NCBI GenBank assembly: GCA_964627085.1
Contig: CAZVIP010000002.1
Location: 4,416 to 68,415 of the forward strand
DNA from: an uncultured Candidatus Saccharibacteria bacterium
Lineage (GTDB): Bacteria; Patescibacteriota; Minisyncoccia; Phycocordibacterales; CAIZLB01
Direction of reading: 5' to 3'
Length of the DNA stretch: 64,000 nucleotides
The notes beneath the pieces are model-generated. The model was not told the DNA's origin. It was given only the letters and a program-made list of their open reading frames with translations, and did not search any database. The first letter of the stretch is position 1. Each line of letters opens with the position of its first letter. The translations under genes and the position numbers were made by a program. This document shows, piece after piece, positions 37,768 through 48,279 of the stretch.

Positions 37768-38475
37768 TTATCTTGAATCTCTAATTGCCTTATCGATGAT
37801 TTTCTTAACTTGTTCATATGGATATGCACCACCGATGACGAACTTGTTCCCTTTTGTTGAGATAACAATTGTATACGGTGTACCCTGCGCTCCAGCATCT
37901 GCACCAGATTTTACCATTGAGGCAACAATTCCAGCTGTCTCCTTTGATGTGTAACAGTTGTTGAAAGCTTTGATATCCTTAACACCAGCTGCAGCAGCAA
38001 GCGCTGGAAGTGTCTTTAAATCGAGTCCATCATTTGATTTTGTTGTTGAAAAGATTCCATCAATGAAACTCCAAAAAGCTTCATTGCCTGCAACCTTAGC
38101 CACACATTCTGAAGCTATTGCCTCATCTGTTGCTTGTTCGTGGAGTTGTGTCAGTGGAAAATGTCTGTAGGCCCAAGCGATTTTTCCAGCAGGACCATAC
38201 TCAGCAAAAATCTGATTCATAGTCTCATGAAAATCTTTACAGAAAGGACATTCGAGATCTGAATATTCAATAACCTGTACTTTCATTTTGAAATCATCTC
38301 CACCTCGAAGATGATCTGCTGAAGTAATCGGTGGAACTTCAATATCTGATGTACCTGCAGGTCTTGCACTTGTTTGGATAATGATAGCAACCACAATAAC
38401 GGCAATTGCAATTATTGCACCAATAAATGATCCTGGCTTATTTGACTTAGTCGATGTAATATCATGTGTATTCAT
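37768..38475 (-). CDS. DsbA-like thioredoxin-fold thiol:disulfide oxidoreductase, membrane-anchored
   Basis: N-terminal TM; CPFC active site (DLECPFCKDFH); about 230 aa. Confidence 0.65.
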   Translation of the reverse strand: MNTHDITSTKSNKPGSFIGAIIAIAVIVVAIIIQTSARPAGTSDIEVPPITSADHLRGGDDFKMKVQVIEYSDLECPFCKDFHETMNQIFAEYGPAGKIAWAYRHFPLTQLHEQATDEAIASECVAKVAGNEAFWSFIDGIFSTTKSNDGLDLKTLPALAAAAGVKDIKAFNNCYTSKETAGIVASMVKSGADAGAQGTPYTIVISTKGNKFVIGGAYPYEQVKKIIDKAIRDSR

Positions 38476-38510
38476 GGCTGTAATTATGCCATAATTGAAG
38501 CTAACGTACA

Positions 38511-39221
38511 GTGGATATATCAAAAAAACATCAAAACACCAATAAAATGCATAATTTAGGCCCTAAAACTAAATCTAAAAAACAAGTTCCTGAGATTGTC
38601 CAGGTTGGCCACCCTGCCCTGCACAAACCCGCCAAAGAAGTACCTGTGGAAGAAATTGGCACAGCAAAAATAAATGACGTCATCGAGCAGATGATTCTTG
38701 CTCTTGAATCGCAAAGAGATGGCGTAGGTATCGCCGCTCCACAAATCGGAGTGAGTCTACAAATTTTTATTGTTGCTGGTTTTGTCTATGACCGAATTAA
38801 AATTGCAGACATCAAAAAGAAATACAGCAATATGATCGGTGTCCTTTCTTCAGAAGAAATCAAAGAAAAAATCAAGGCGGAAGTAAAATTGCTCAAGAAA
38901 AACCCGCATCATATTTTCATCAACCCTGTCATCACAAAAGAATCGAAAGAAAAAAAATGGATGGACGGCGAAGGATGTCTCTCAGTAAGATGGCTCTATG
39001 GTAAAGTGTATCGCTCAACAAAAGTAAGTATCAAGGCATATGACAAAAAAGGTAAACAAACTGAGAGAGGTGCGAGTGGCTTCCTTGCCCATATTTTCCA
39101 ACACGAAGTCGATCACCTTGCCGGTATTCTATTTATAGACAAAGCAAAAGACCTCGAAGAATTCGATCCTGAAGACATTAAAAAAGAGCAAAAGAAAAAA
39201 GACAAAAACGATGAACTCTAA
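38511..39221 (+). CDS. def: peptide deformylase (canonical)
   Basis: GVGIAAPQIG, EGCLS, QHEVDHLAG motifs; carries an internal insertion and a Lys-rich C-terminal tail. Confidence 0.85.
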   Translation: MDISKKHQNTNKMHNLGPKTKSKKQVPEIVQVGHPALHKPAKEVPVEEIGTAKINDVIEQMILALESQRDGVGIAAPQIGVSLQIFIVAGFVYDRIKIADIKKKYSNMIGVLSSEEIKEKIKAEVKLLKKNPHHIFINPVITKESKEKKWMDGEGCLSVRWLYGKVYRSTKVSIKAYDKKGKQTERGASGFLAHIFQHEVDHLAGILFIDKAKDLEEFDPEDIKKEQKKKDKNDEL

Positions 39222-40179
39222 TTCAAATTTGCATTCAATAGATGGTGTCCAGCCGACACAAGTCAGCGCGCTTGCACCAACAAAAACAGAAGAGATTCCA
39301 GAATGTCGTTTTGTATTTTTTGGGACATCAGAGCTTTCAGTTATTGTCCTCAAAAAGCTTCAGTCAGTTGGCCTTATACCCTCTGCAATAATTACAACAC
39401 CTGATAAACCAAAAGGGAGAAAACTTGTCCTCACACCACCTGACTCGAAGGTGTTTGGCATGGAGCATAATATACCCGTACTTCAATTTGCAAAACTAGA
39501 CGAAGATGCGATTGCGGAAATCAAAAAAATAGAATGTGATTTTTACCTTGTCGCCTCATATGGGCTGATTATTCCCCAGTCGATTCTCGATATTCCAAAA
39601 CTCGGTGTCCTCAATATTCACCCGTCACTTCTACCTATGTATAGAGGCGCGTCCCCTATTCAACAAGCAATACTTGATGATAGACATGCTACTGGCATAA
39701 CAATTATGAAGATGGACGCCAAAATGGACCACGGCCCGATACTCTATCAAGCAAAAAGACAAAACCAATTAGATTGGCCAAAGACATATACCGAACTTGA
39801 ACATGAACTTGCGATACAGGCAACAAATGCGCTTTTGCACATACTTCCCTCTTTTCTCAAAAAACAAATTATTGAGATCGAGCAAAATCACGGTGATGCG
39901 ACATTCACCAAAAAAATCCAAAAGGTTGATGGTCTAATTGATACAGAAAAACTAACAGGTGAAATCGGTCGCGCACAATTCCTCAAATTTTGTGCATATG
40001 AAGTCTGGCCTACGACATATTTTATAATCAAGAAACAAGGTGTCGATACAAGAATCAAAATCACAAAAGCACATTGGGATCGCGAATCTGCAAGTATGAT
40101 GATTGACAGAGTTATACCTGAAGGACAAAAAGAAACTGACTACGGCGATTTTCTTGAGCGAGTGAAATTATATTATTAA
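39211..40179 (+). CDS. fmt: methionyl-tRNA formyltransferase
   Basis: FVFFGTSE, SLLPMYRGASPIQ motifs; overlaps def (def-fmt operon). Confidence 0.85.
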   Translation: MNSNSNLHSIDGVQPTQVSALAPTKTEEIPECRFVFFGTSELSVIVLKKLQSVGLIPSAIITTPDKPKGRKLVLTPPDSKVFGMEHNIPVLQFAKLDEDAIAEIKKIECDFYLVASYGLIIPQSILDIPKLGVLNIHPSLLPMYRGASPIQQAILDDRHATGITIMKMDAKMDHGPILYQAKRQNQLDWPKTYTELEHELAIQATNALLHILPSFLKKQIIEIEQNHGDATFTKKIQKVDGLIDTEKLTGEIGRAQFLKFCAYEVWPTTYFIIKKQGVDTRIKITKAHWDRESASMMIDRVIPEGQKETDYGDFLERVKLYY

Positions 40180-40198
40180 ATTATAGAATCAACATAAA

Positions 40199-40230
40199 AA
40201 CACCCGAGCTTGGCCCAGGTGTTTTTATGT
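40199..40230. terminator. bidirectional terminator between fmt and hpf
   Basis: A run - acacc..ggtgt hairpin - T run. Confidence 0.55.
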
Positions 40231-40289
40231 TGATTGTTCTAAGCCTGATATTTGGCCACCTAAAACACAGTCTCGGCACAGACACACGT

Positions 40290-40643
40290 CTACACACCAA
40301 ACTTAAATATGTGTTTGATTTTTATCGCCCCTTTTTTGAAGAGGGATTGTCTTTTATCTTTTTTTGAACTCAATACCTCTTTTGCTTCGTCCCGAACCAT
40401 GTCTATAGCTTTGTATAAATCTGATTCTTCACATTCAACCCGAGTATACTGTCCACCGTTGGTAATATTAAGCTCTGCCCTAAAGATATCTCCATGTTTA
40501 TGATGGTTTGATACCTTACCTAAATCTGCCTCGATCATTGCACCCACTGAAAGAAATTTTTCGAGTGTCATTACCCGTCTGACGAGGTAATCGTGAATAG
40601 CACTTGTAATTTCAATATGCGATCCTTTTACAATTATGTTCAT
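40290..40643 (-). CDS. hpf: ribosome hibernation promoting factor (HPF/RaiA, short form)
   Basis: MNI.VKGSHIEITSAIHDYLVRRV..FRAELNI N-terminal signature. Confidence 0.85.
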   Translation of the reverse strand: MNIIVKGSHIEITSAIHDYLVRRVMTLEKFLSVGAMIEADLGKVSNHHKHGDIFRAELNITNGGQYTRVECEESDLYKAIDMVRDEAKEVLSSKKDKRQSLFKKGAIKIKHIFKFGV

Positions 40644-40804
40644 TGCTTATGTTATTACCAAACCGAACATTATGTGCACATCCAAAACCGAATCGGTTTG
40701 TATATTGCTTGTAACACAATAATTATACTATGACTTTTGATTTGTAAACAATGAATGTTTCGTGGCTAAATACAGCCCTACATCACATAGGATATGTAAG
40801 TGAG

Positions 40805-42703
40805 CTAGAGCGAATATCTAAATTTGAATTGCCAGATGTCCCCCAAATTAACAATAAAAGTCTTACCAAAAATTCTCACAATTCGCACCTGAATCTTATT
40901 GTTCTCCGGGTTTTTGTCTAAATATTCACGCACAGCTTCTGGGTTATCTGTAATAATTCCAGTGATACCAAGCCTTTGCAGATGATTGATTTTTTGCAAA
41001 TCATTTATTGTCCACATATACACAGGTTTTTGCTCATCGATAAATCTCCGAATAACATCGCTTGCCCGAAGACCCTCCTCAACACTAATGGCATCCATAG
41101 ATAAAATATCTGCATCGTCTGTTTTGCTATTCGGGAGACTGTATATATATAGATTTGTTTTTATATCTGAATAAAGAGACTTCACATCAAGCAACAAAGG
41201 GAGGTCAAATGAACCAACATATGAACAAGTGAGCATGTTATGTGAAATTAACTTTTCACGAAGTTGATGAGCAATTTCGATCGAATCATTTTTCGTACCA
41301 TAGTTTTTGATTTCAAAGAGCCATGTCTTTTTACAGTCGAAGTTCCTGTTATCAAAAAAACCATCGAGTGTAGTGAGATTTATTCCACTTTCTTGTAGCT
41401 CAGCAAGTGTGAGTTCTTTTAATTTATCACCGCGACCGAAGCTCTGTAAACTTTCGTCATGAAAGAATACAATGGTGCCATCTTTGAGCATTTGTAAATC
41501 TGTCTCTATACCATCTGCGCTACCAATTGTAATTGCACCTTGAAATGCGCTTGTAGTATTTTCTTCAGCTTTTGAAAGACTGGCACTTGCATACTGCCCC
41601 CTATGCGAGATGACCTCTGGTGATTTACCCGAACTCGGTGGTATAAACACATTCATGAATATATTTACGGAGAAAATAAAAAGAACGAAGACAATAACAC
41701 CGAATGTCAGTATTCTTTTTTTCTGTGCAAAAAGCCAAACGACATGACGATTCTTCAAAAGTGCGAGTGCATGTTCATGCTCCGCCTCAGTTTCTATACC
41801 AAGTGCAATTGGATTTCGCACCTCGAGGTATGCAGTTAGCGCAGTTACCACGCTCGGTGCGACAAGGATAGATAAAAGAGCAGTACTAATAAATACCCAG
41901 CTACTATAAAATAATATGTACACGCTCGCAGGTAATACACTAAAGAATAACCCCACCAAACCATTTAACAGCGAAACGAAAACAAGCAAAGACACTGCCG
42001 TCCCTGCGATGAGTAATAAAGAAATCAAAGCCGGCCACAATACACCAAAAGTCAAAAAATGCCTGAGACTCTTTCTCTTAAATGTAATTAACCAAGATGC
42101 TCGAAGCGATCCAAACAGACTAATTCTCCTTGTTGCAAAAATATGAAATGTAAAAACAGATCGATAGAAAATAAATGCAAATACAACAAGCGCACATTGA
42201 TATAGTGTATGGAGCGCACCAGATTTCAAAAGCTCTCCCGTCACAAAATCAGGCAAAGCAAAATTTCTAAACACCGAGGGTCCAATTTGGAAAACAGGAA
42301 ATAGAATAAATGCAAAGAAAATAATCAATACACTTGTCAGTCCATATGCATGAAAAAGCCCCAAAGCTTTTTTTGCAGAATACCTTAGGGTCGCAAGCTG
42401 GCTCGGCCTCTCCGCCCTTGTATATGAATGACTAATGTGAACAAGTCCAACAATTTCGGTAATTGATGTGAATAGAAGTATAAGCGTACAAAGTGAAAGC
42501 AAAACTAAATATGTACCATCCACAAAACCAAATAAATCACCGTTAATTGGTGTATATCCAGTTTTGATTTGAGCAACGGTACTAAGGACAATAGCAGCAA
42601 CCGTACCAACAATGACATTGATACCTCTCATCAAAATTTCAAACAATAAAAGATCTTCGCCTCTATGTCTTAGTATATTTAAAAAGCGCTTATACACATT
42701 CAT
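40805..42703 (-). CDS. polytopic membrane protein with C-terminal glycerophosphodiester phosphodiesterase (GDPD) domain
   Basis: About 10 TM segments followed by ISHRGQ...ETDLQMLKDGTIVFFHDESL (the HR..E.D..H GDPD catalytic motifs). Confidence 0.7.
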   Translation of the reverse strand: MNVYKRFLNILRHRGEDLLLFEILMRGINVIVGTVAAIVLSTVAQIKTGYTPINGDLFGFVDGTYLVLLSLCTLILLFTSITEIVGLVHISHSYTRAERPSQLATLRYSAKKALGLFHAYGLTSVLIIFFAFILFPVFQIGPSVFRNFALPDFVTGELLKSGALHTLYQCALVVFAFIFYRSVFTFHIFATRRISLFGSLRASWLITFKRKSLRHFLTFGVLWPALISLLLIAGTAVSLLVFVSLLNGLVGLFFSVLPASVYILFYSSWVFISTALLSILVAPSVVTALTAYLEVRNPIALGIETEAEHEHALALLKNRHVVWLFAQKKRILTFGVIVFVLFIFSVNIFMNVFIPPSSGKSPEVISHRGQYASASLSKAEENTTSAFQGAITIGSADGIETDLQMLKDGTIVFFHDESLQSFGRGDKLKELTLAELQESGINLTTLDGFFDNRNFDCKKTWLFEIKNYGTKNDSIEIAHQLREKLISHNMLTCSYVGSFDLPLLLDVKSLYSDIKTNLYIYSLPNSKTDDADILSMDAISVEEGLRASDVIRRFIDEQKPVYMWTINDLQKINHLQRLGITGIITDNPEAVREYLDKNPENNKIQVRIVRIFGKTFIVNLGDIWQFKFRYSL

Positions 42704-42804
42704 TACGCTCTATCATACCAAATTTAATTTCATTTTATCTACAAAACAAAAAACACACGGTGTATCCTGTGTGTTTTTTGTCGAAAAGTTTACTTATGCT
42801 TTCT

Positions 42805-43185
42805 TTATGCTTTTTTACCGAGTGAAAGCTTGATTGAACCTGTGTCGAGACAGAAAATTGCAGCAGAGACAAAGAGGAGTACCACATCAAGTTCCGCTTT
42901 TTTGAAATCACCACCTTTTACTTTAAATATAGCAACAAGCATGATGACTGCAAAAAGCGAAGCGACTACACGCGGGAATATACCTAGGATAAGCAAAAGC
43001 CCACCAAGAGTCTCAATTGTTGCAACTAGATATGCAAGAAATGGTGCAAATCCGAGTGTCTGGAAAAAACCAATAACACCTTCCATGCTTCCAAACTTAG
43101 TAATACCGTGGTACATGAATACCGCACCTACGATTAATCTAATAATGAAAAGCCCTGTATTTGGGCAAGTTTTGATTGATTTCAT
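42805..43185 (-). CDS. DoxX family membrane protein
   Basis: 126 aa, 4 TM, LIIRLIVGAVFMYHGITKF DoxX signature. Confidence 0.7.
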   Translation of the reverse strand: MKSIKTCPNTGLFIIRLIVGAVFMYHGITKFGSMEGVIGFFQTLGFAPFLAYLVATIETLGGLLLILGIFPRVVASLFAVIMLVAIFKVKGGDFKKAELDVVLLFVSAAIFCLDTGSIKLSLGKKA

Positions 43186-43356
43186 TTATGTATTTTATAA
43201 GTAATTAATGTCAACAATTTACACAGTGATTATATCAGCATTTTGAAGTCAGAAAAAGGCTGTACCATAGACATACATACCCCCACCTTTGTCTGTGCAC
43301 CAGAATGGATTATACTAATAGGTAATTAAAATTTAAGCTAAATTTAGCAAACACAT

Positions 43357-43602
43357 ATGAATATATTAGTATGGATTATTTTTGGAGGAATTTCAGGTTG
43401 GATTGCATCAATCTTTATGGGTACAAATGCAAGCCAGGGTTTTATCGGTAATGTGATTACAGGAATACTCGGTGCGATTATCGGAGGATTTTTGATGACT
43501 CATTTTGGTAAAGTGGGAGTCACAGGATTCAATGTATATAGTTTCGTGGTTGCAGTCATTGGTGCGATTGTACTTATCGGTATCGCAAGATTGATTTTTT
43601 AA
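43357..43602 (+). CDS. GlsB/YeaQ/YmgE (transglycosylase-associated) family stress membrane protein
   Basis: 81 aa, GGISGWIAS...GILGAIIGGFL Gly-zipper TMs. Confidence 0.7.
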   Translation: MNILVWIIFGGISGWIASIFMGTNASQGFIGNVITGILGAIIGGFLMTHFGKVGVTGFNVYSFVVAVIGAIVLIGIARLIF

Positions 43603-43691
43603 TTTAATTCATTTGGATTAAAGAGTGCTCTCGACACACCATCGACACAACTCGCACTACATGAAGATCATTTCTGAATATACAAATAAAA

Positions 43692-43718
43692 CACCCGCTA
43701 TAACTAGCGGGTGTTTTA
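43692..43718. terminator. bidirectional terminator (aacacccgc-tataacta-gcgggtgtt)
   Basis: Hairpin flanked by A and T runs between convergent genes. Confidence 0.6.
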
Positions 43719-43785
43719 TTTAAGTGTCCAGATGATTAAATACTATTTCAAAAGAAAGTTATTTAATGTGATCCGAAGCGCTGGA

Positions 43786-44181
43786 TTACCAACTACTTCG
43801 TCGATCGCCACCACCGAAGCCACCTCGATCGCCACCGCCAAAGCCTCCTCGGCCTCCTCGGTCACCACCGAAACCACCTCGTGATCCACCACGGTCACCA
43901 CCACCGAAAGATCGACGTGGAGCGCCTTCTTCTTTTGGTCGTGCAACGTTAACAGTAAGAGTTCGTCCTTCGAAGTCATTGCCATGGAACATGGCAATAG
44001 CCTTCTGAGCATCATCAGCTGATGCCATTTCTACGAAACCGAAACCTTTTGATCGGCCAGTCATTTTATCCATGATAATCTGAGCTGCGTCTACTGTTCC
44101 AGCCTGTGAAAAGGCTGCTCGTAATGCATCTTCAGTGGTTGAGTAAGGCAAACCACCGACATATAACTTTTTTTCTTCCAT
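43786..44181 (-). CDS. RRM-domain RNA-binding protein with Gly/Arg-rich (RGG) tail
   Basis: RNP2 LYVGGL, RNP1 KGFGFVEM; C-terminal (GGDRGG)n. Confidence 0.8.
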   Translation of the reverse strand: MEEKKLYVGGLPYSTTEDALRAAFSQAGTVDAAQIIMDKMTGRSKGFGFVEMASADDAQKAIAMFHGNDFEGRTLTVNVARPKEEGAPRRSFGGGDRGGSRGGFGGDRGGRGGFGGGDRGGFGGGDRRSSW

Positions 44182-44735
44182 TGAATTTTCTACTTAATTT
44201 AATGCGTACAGGGTAGATAATTGCTCTAAATGGCCAGAACCTACCTTGTATCGCAAGGGAAACCGAAACATTACTCATCTTAAGAACGACTCTCTAGCAC
44301 CGAAATAAGTACTCTATATCGCACTCCACGAATCTATAACTCGAAATACCCTTATTGGTACAATAGCACACATTGACAGTGTTTACAAATAGTTAGTTAA
44401 TTTGGTTTTTGTCATTTATGAGGCGAATCTACCTACAATAATTAGGGTTATCTATTTAACTGTGTCATAGAACACAATTTAACTTGCTATATGTCAATAT
44501 GAGCACATACTAACTATGTGGTAACAGATATCACCGATGCGGTGCACACACAATCTCGTTCATAGAATTCACATTTGAAGACTTCTCCTCCTCCGCATTT
44601 CCCCGACAAGGAAATACCGCACTACATTAAAATCAGATATGCATATAAACCCTCCCAGGTTTCGTGACAAAAAATCACATGTAAATAAACTTAGATTAGA
44701 TATTTCTTACTTCATAATTAATTATCACAACAAAT

Positions 44736-45401
44736 ATGAAAAATATCACAATGAAAAAATTAGGCACAAAGATTCTAGCGATCACAAGTCTTTCACTTGC
44801 ACTTGCAATCACATTAGCTATTCCAGCTGTTGCGAGCGCTGACGCACTTTACAGACAATTACAAACTGGCATGAGAGGAGATGATGTTTCATCACTCCAA
44901 AGCTTCCTTGCAAAGGATGCAACTCTTTACCCACAAGGACTTGTTACAGGATACTTCGGTTACCTTACAAAGTCTGCGGTTTCTAACTTCCAGACAAGAA
45001 ATGGTATTGCATCTGTAGGCCGAGTAGGACCAGCAACACTCCCAATTATTAATGCCCAGCTGGCAAATGGTACAGGAGTAGTTACAGGTGGACGTTCAGC
45101 GTCAATTGTAAATGTAAATATCTACACATCTCGTAACTCAGCACAGGTTAACTGGAATACGGACGAGCTTGCAAAAGGTGTAGTCTACTACAGTACAACA
45201 CCACTTGATACATACGAACGAACAAACTCAGTTGACGTTAGTGGTATGTCAGCAATGCTTGATACAAACCTACGAAGTGTCCAGACAGTTGCTCTTCCAA
45301 ACTTACAGGCAAACACTACTTACTACTACCTTATCTACACAACAGATCAGGATGGAAATGTAAGTGTCACTTGGCCATCAAGTTTCCAGACAACAAACTA
45401 G
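44736..45401 (+). CDS. secreted protein with peptidoglycan-binding (PG_binding_1-like) and FN3-like domains
   Basis: Signal peptide; LYRQLQTGMRGDDVSSLQSFLA..YFGYLTKSAVSNFQ; VNWNTDELAKGVVYYSTTP module shared with the 1341-aa protein. Confidence 0.6.
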   Translation: MKNITMKKLGTKILAITSLSLALAITLAIPAVASADALYRQLQTGMRGDDVSSLQSFLAKDATLYPQGLVTGYFGYLTKSAVSNFQTRNGIASVGRVGPATLPIINAQLANGTGVVTGGRSASIVNVNIYTSRNSAQVNWNTDELAKGVVYYSTTPLDTYERTNSVDVSGMSAMLDTNLRSVQTVALPNLQANTTYYYLIYTTDQDGNVSVTWPSSFQTTN

Positions 45402-45564
45402 TTTCTGTTAATACAGCAAACTAATTGGAAGACAACTTGCATTGGGTACATAAAGGTTGTTATTCCAAACGGGTTACATTGTAGCTAGTCATATGACAAA
45501 ATTACCGGTGTAATCATATACAAACCTACAAACATAAAAGCGCCAGTGATGGCGCTTTTATGTT

Positions 45565-46752
45565 TTATTCCTTACCATACACCCCATCAAATGGATGTGA
45601 ATTTTTCTTCAACAAAACATGAACTAAATACCTCGCCATAACCATCGAGGTGAGCTGAAGCCCTGCACCGCAAATGCGACTCATATTCCCTTTCTGTGAG
45701 AAATGCGGAATACCCTTTTTCGAGAGACCATACATACCTGTCCATGCATATTCAAAATCAATATCCAAGGTTGGGAAAATCCTTTTGATGAAAGAGGTCA
45801 TACTTTTAAAATGCACCTTATTTAAGGTTCTGTCTTTTTCAATACTTTTCGTTTGTTCATCACCAGATCCAACGAGCAGCCTCTTATCTTTTGTGACTTT
45901 GAAATAATGATAATTTACCAATTCATTTTCTATCATCATGTCATTGTCTTCGAGCTTCAAGAATTTGAGCTCTGCTGGGGTGAGTGTTCGCGTGATACCA
46001 ATTGTAGTCCGAAAATGATTGATTGGATTTTTTTCATCATAACTATCGGTCGTGAAAATAATATGTTTGTATGAAATATTTGCACCAGATGAAGTTTGAG
46101 CGACTGATTTTTTGACTGTGCCAGTTTTTGTAATTCCTGAATTTTCGAAAATTGCTGCACCATGTTTGACTGCAAGCAATGCAAGTTCCTGTACGAGTGC
46201 AAGCGGATTAACCGATAGGCCTTTGTGAACTTTTTCTCCGAATACATAACCTTCAATGTTGATATCTTTTTTGATTTCAGATCGATTCACAGCGCTGACC
46301 CATTTGTTCACTTTCTGCCTAATGATTAAATCTTTTGTTACCGCCTCAGCACCCTTGATATCATGTGCAAGTACATAGACATCTGTCTCTTCTAAGTCGC
46401 ACCTAAGTTTTTCTTCGATAATTATTTTTTTGATGAAAGAGTACATTTCATCGTGCGCTGTCCAGTATGACTTTGTAAACTCTTCGCCATATTTTTTGAT
46501 GAGCATTTCGGAATTTGTTCCCTCGAGTTCTGTCAAAATCATTCCTGCAGAAAAGCCTGTAGCACCACTTCCGATGGTGTCTTTTTCGACAAGGATAATT
46601 TTGCCAGCATTCTCTTTTGCCAACAAATAGGCCGTCATGATACCCGATATCCCGCCACCAACAATTAAATAATCGCAATCTAAACTCCCCTCTGCGGCTG
46701 GAAATTCAGTGCTATGTGGATTTGTCCAAAATGAATTTTGCATAGAATACAA
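45565..46752 (-). CDS. FAD-dependent oxidoreductase (DAO/glycine oxidase family)
   Basis: DYLIVGGGISGIMTAY Rossmann motif, ..VEKDTIGSGATGFSAGMI. Confidence 0.7.
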   Translation of the reverse strand: MYSMQNSFWTNPHSTEFPAAEGSLDCDYLIVGGGISGIMTAYLLAKENAGKIILVEKDTIGSGATGFSAGMILTELEGTNSEMLIKKYGEEFTKSYWTAHDEMYSFIKKIIIEEKLRCDLEETDVYVLAHDIKGAEAVTKDLIIRQKVNKWVSAVNRSEIKKDINIEGYVFGEKVHKGLSVNPLALVQELALLAVKHGAAIFENSGITKTGTVKKSVAQTSSGANISYKHIIFTTDSYDEKNPINHFRTTIGITRTLTPAELKFLKLEDNDMMIENELVNYHYFKVTKDKRLLVGSGDEQTKSIEKDRTLNKVHFKSMTSFIKRIFPTLDIDFEYAWTGMYGLSKKGIPHFSQKGNMSRICGAGLQLTSMVMARYLVHVLLKKNSHPFDGVYGKE

Positions 46753-46866
46753 GCAATTATAGTTTAGAAAGGTACCTAAGAAAAGTAGTGTGAAAAATAA
46801 ACAAAAAACCGCCCGGTTGCAAAGATGAGACTTGATAGTCCCACCTTTGCAACAAAGACGATTACC

Positions 46867-47406
46867 TTACACAAACACTGGAACAACAGTTGCCACAAGT
46901 CTTATGCCCGGACCCGGGAGTATCCCTTTGGTATCACAAGGTTCCAGCACGCCGTCTATCAATCTAAATTCAGTAACTCTGCTCCAGTCAAAGCCCGTCT
47001 CATGCGGAAACTGACCGCCACATAATTGTCTGACTTGGTTTGGAGTAAAAGAGTTTGGATTGTTGCCAGCAGGATGATGAACAATAACAGGTTCATCTTT
47101 CACAGATGACTTAGGTGCATTTTGCAACCAGATTGGCGCTGTGCGCAACCAATCAAAGCCACTGTGCTTTTCTGAGTATCGTCGCCGTTGTTCAATACTT
47201 ACTGTCCCAAGCAGGCAGACTTTGTCCGGCTCCTGAAACGAATGATACAAAGTCTGGACCTGGTGCCATGCTTCTTCTTCCGTTCTCCCTCTTCCGATCA
47301 TTGTTTTGAAGAAGCTTTCCTCACAACTAGGCACAGTCTTATAACCAAACTGCCAGAGCGGGAAGATATCGCCTGGTTTGATGGGTGCGAATCTGGGTGT
47401 GCTCAC
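46867..47406 (-). CDS. hypothetical protein (179 aa), GC-rich
   Basis: ORF overlapping (ATGA) the upstream membrane-protein gene. Confidence 0.4.
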   Translation of the reverse strand: MSTPRFAPIKPGDIFPLWQFGYKTVPSCEESFFKTMIGRGRTEEEAWHQVQTLYHSFQEPDKVCLLGTVSIEQRRRYSEKHSGFDWLRTAPIWLQNAPKSSVKDEPVIVHHPAGNNPNSFTPNQVRQLCGGQFPHETGFDWSRVTEFRLIDGVLEPCDTKGILPGPGIRLVATVVPVFV

Positions 47407-47786
47407 TTTGCACCTCCATTTCCATCTTGGGTCACAACGGGTTGCTGGTATGCCAGCAATGCCGATTTCAACCAGTTATTGATGTAGATCAGAATTGCAC
47501 CAAGGGCAATTGTTAGGAGTATTATCATTGTGATAACGAATGGGATGTCTCGTGGTTCTGCCAGCCTTGCGTCACCGTTAAGTGCCATCTTGGCGAGGCA
47601 GACTGCTGAAACAGGGCACCCAAGAGCAATCACCCAAATAAGTGTTAATACCGCTGCGCGCATTAGCTTCAGAAACGCCATATCCATTTCTAGTGTCATT
47701 TTCATTTTATGAAAGATTTGAAGGTTCAATTGCCGGACAGGCGAATAGTTTACATCCAGTGTGAATGTTCTAGTCCAAAAAGACAA
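47403..47786 (-). CDS. hypothetical membrane protein
   Basis: 2-3 TM; translationally coupled to the 46867 gene. Confidence 0.35.
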   Translation of the reverse strand: MSFWTRTFTLDVNYSPVRQLNLQIFHKMKMTLEMDMAFLKLMRAAVLTLIWVIALGCPVSAVCLAKMALNGDARLAEPRDIPFVITMIILLTIALGAILIYINNWLKSALLAYQQPVVTQDGNGGAK

Positions 47787-47918
47787 TACAATATATCTGA
47801 CTTAGTGTCTAGTTATCCAGTTATTTTGCAATCGCTTCAATGTGCGCAAATATATTTCTCTTTCCACATATAAAATTCAAAAAAAACAAAATCTAAAAAT
47901 CTGATAAAATATATTCAT

Positions 47919-48194
47919 ATGCAAAAAAGTTCCAATACTGAGCCCGCTATACAACAAAAGATTTCAAGCGGTACCGTGCACAATACCCCAAAGGACATGA
48001 AAGATGCGTTAGCTTCAAAGACCTTATCTACGACTTGGAATGGTTTGACTCCCCTTGCCCGAAACGAATGGATCTGCTGGGCGACTTCAGCAAAAAAATC
48101 TGAGACCCGCGAGCGCCGAATTAGAATCATGTCAGAGAATTTAGCCAAAGGAAAAAGAAGACCATGTTGCTGGGCTGGTTGCATACATAGATAG
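47919..48194 (+). CDS. YdeI/OmpD-associated family protein (small)
   Basis: W.GLTPLARNEWICWATSAKKSETRERRI pattern. Confidence 0.45.
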   Translation: MQKSSNTEPAIQQKISSGTVHNTPKDMKDALASKTLSTTWNGLTPLARNEWICWATSAKKSETRERRIRIMSENLAKGKRRPCCWAGCIHR

Positions 48195-48237
48195 CATGGA
48201 GGGTAATTATTATTGTTAAACAAATAATTAAAGAAAA

Positions 48238-48270
48238 AACCACCAGCGAACCGGTGGCCTTTCCCGATTA
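48238..48270. terminator. bidirectional terminator (ccaccagcgaaccggtgg)
   Basis: Hairpin flanked by A and T runs. Confidence 0.5.
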
Positions 48271-48279
48271 GTTGGTGGA

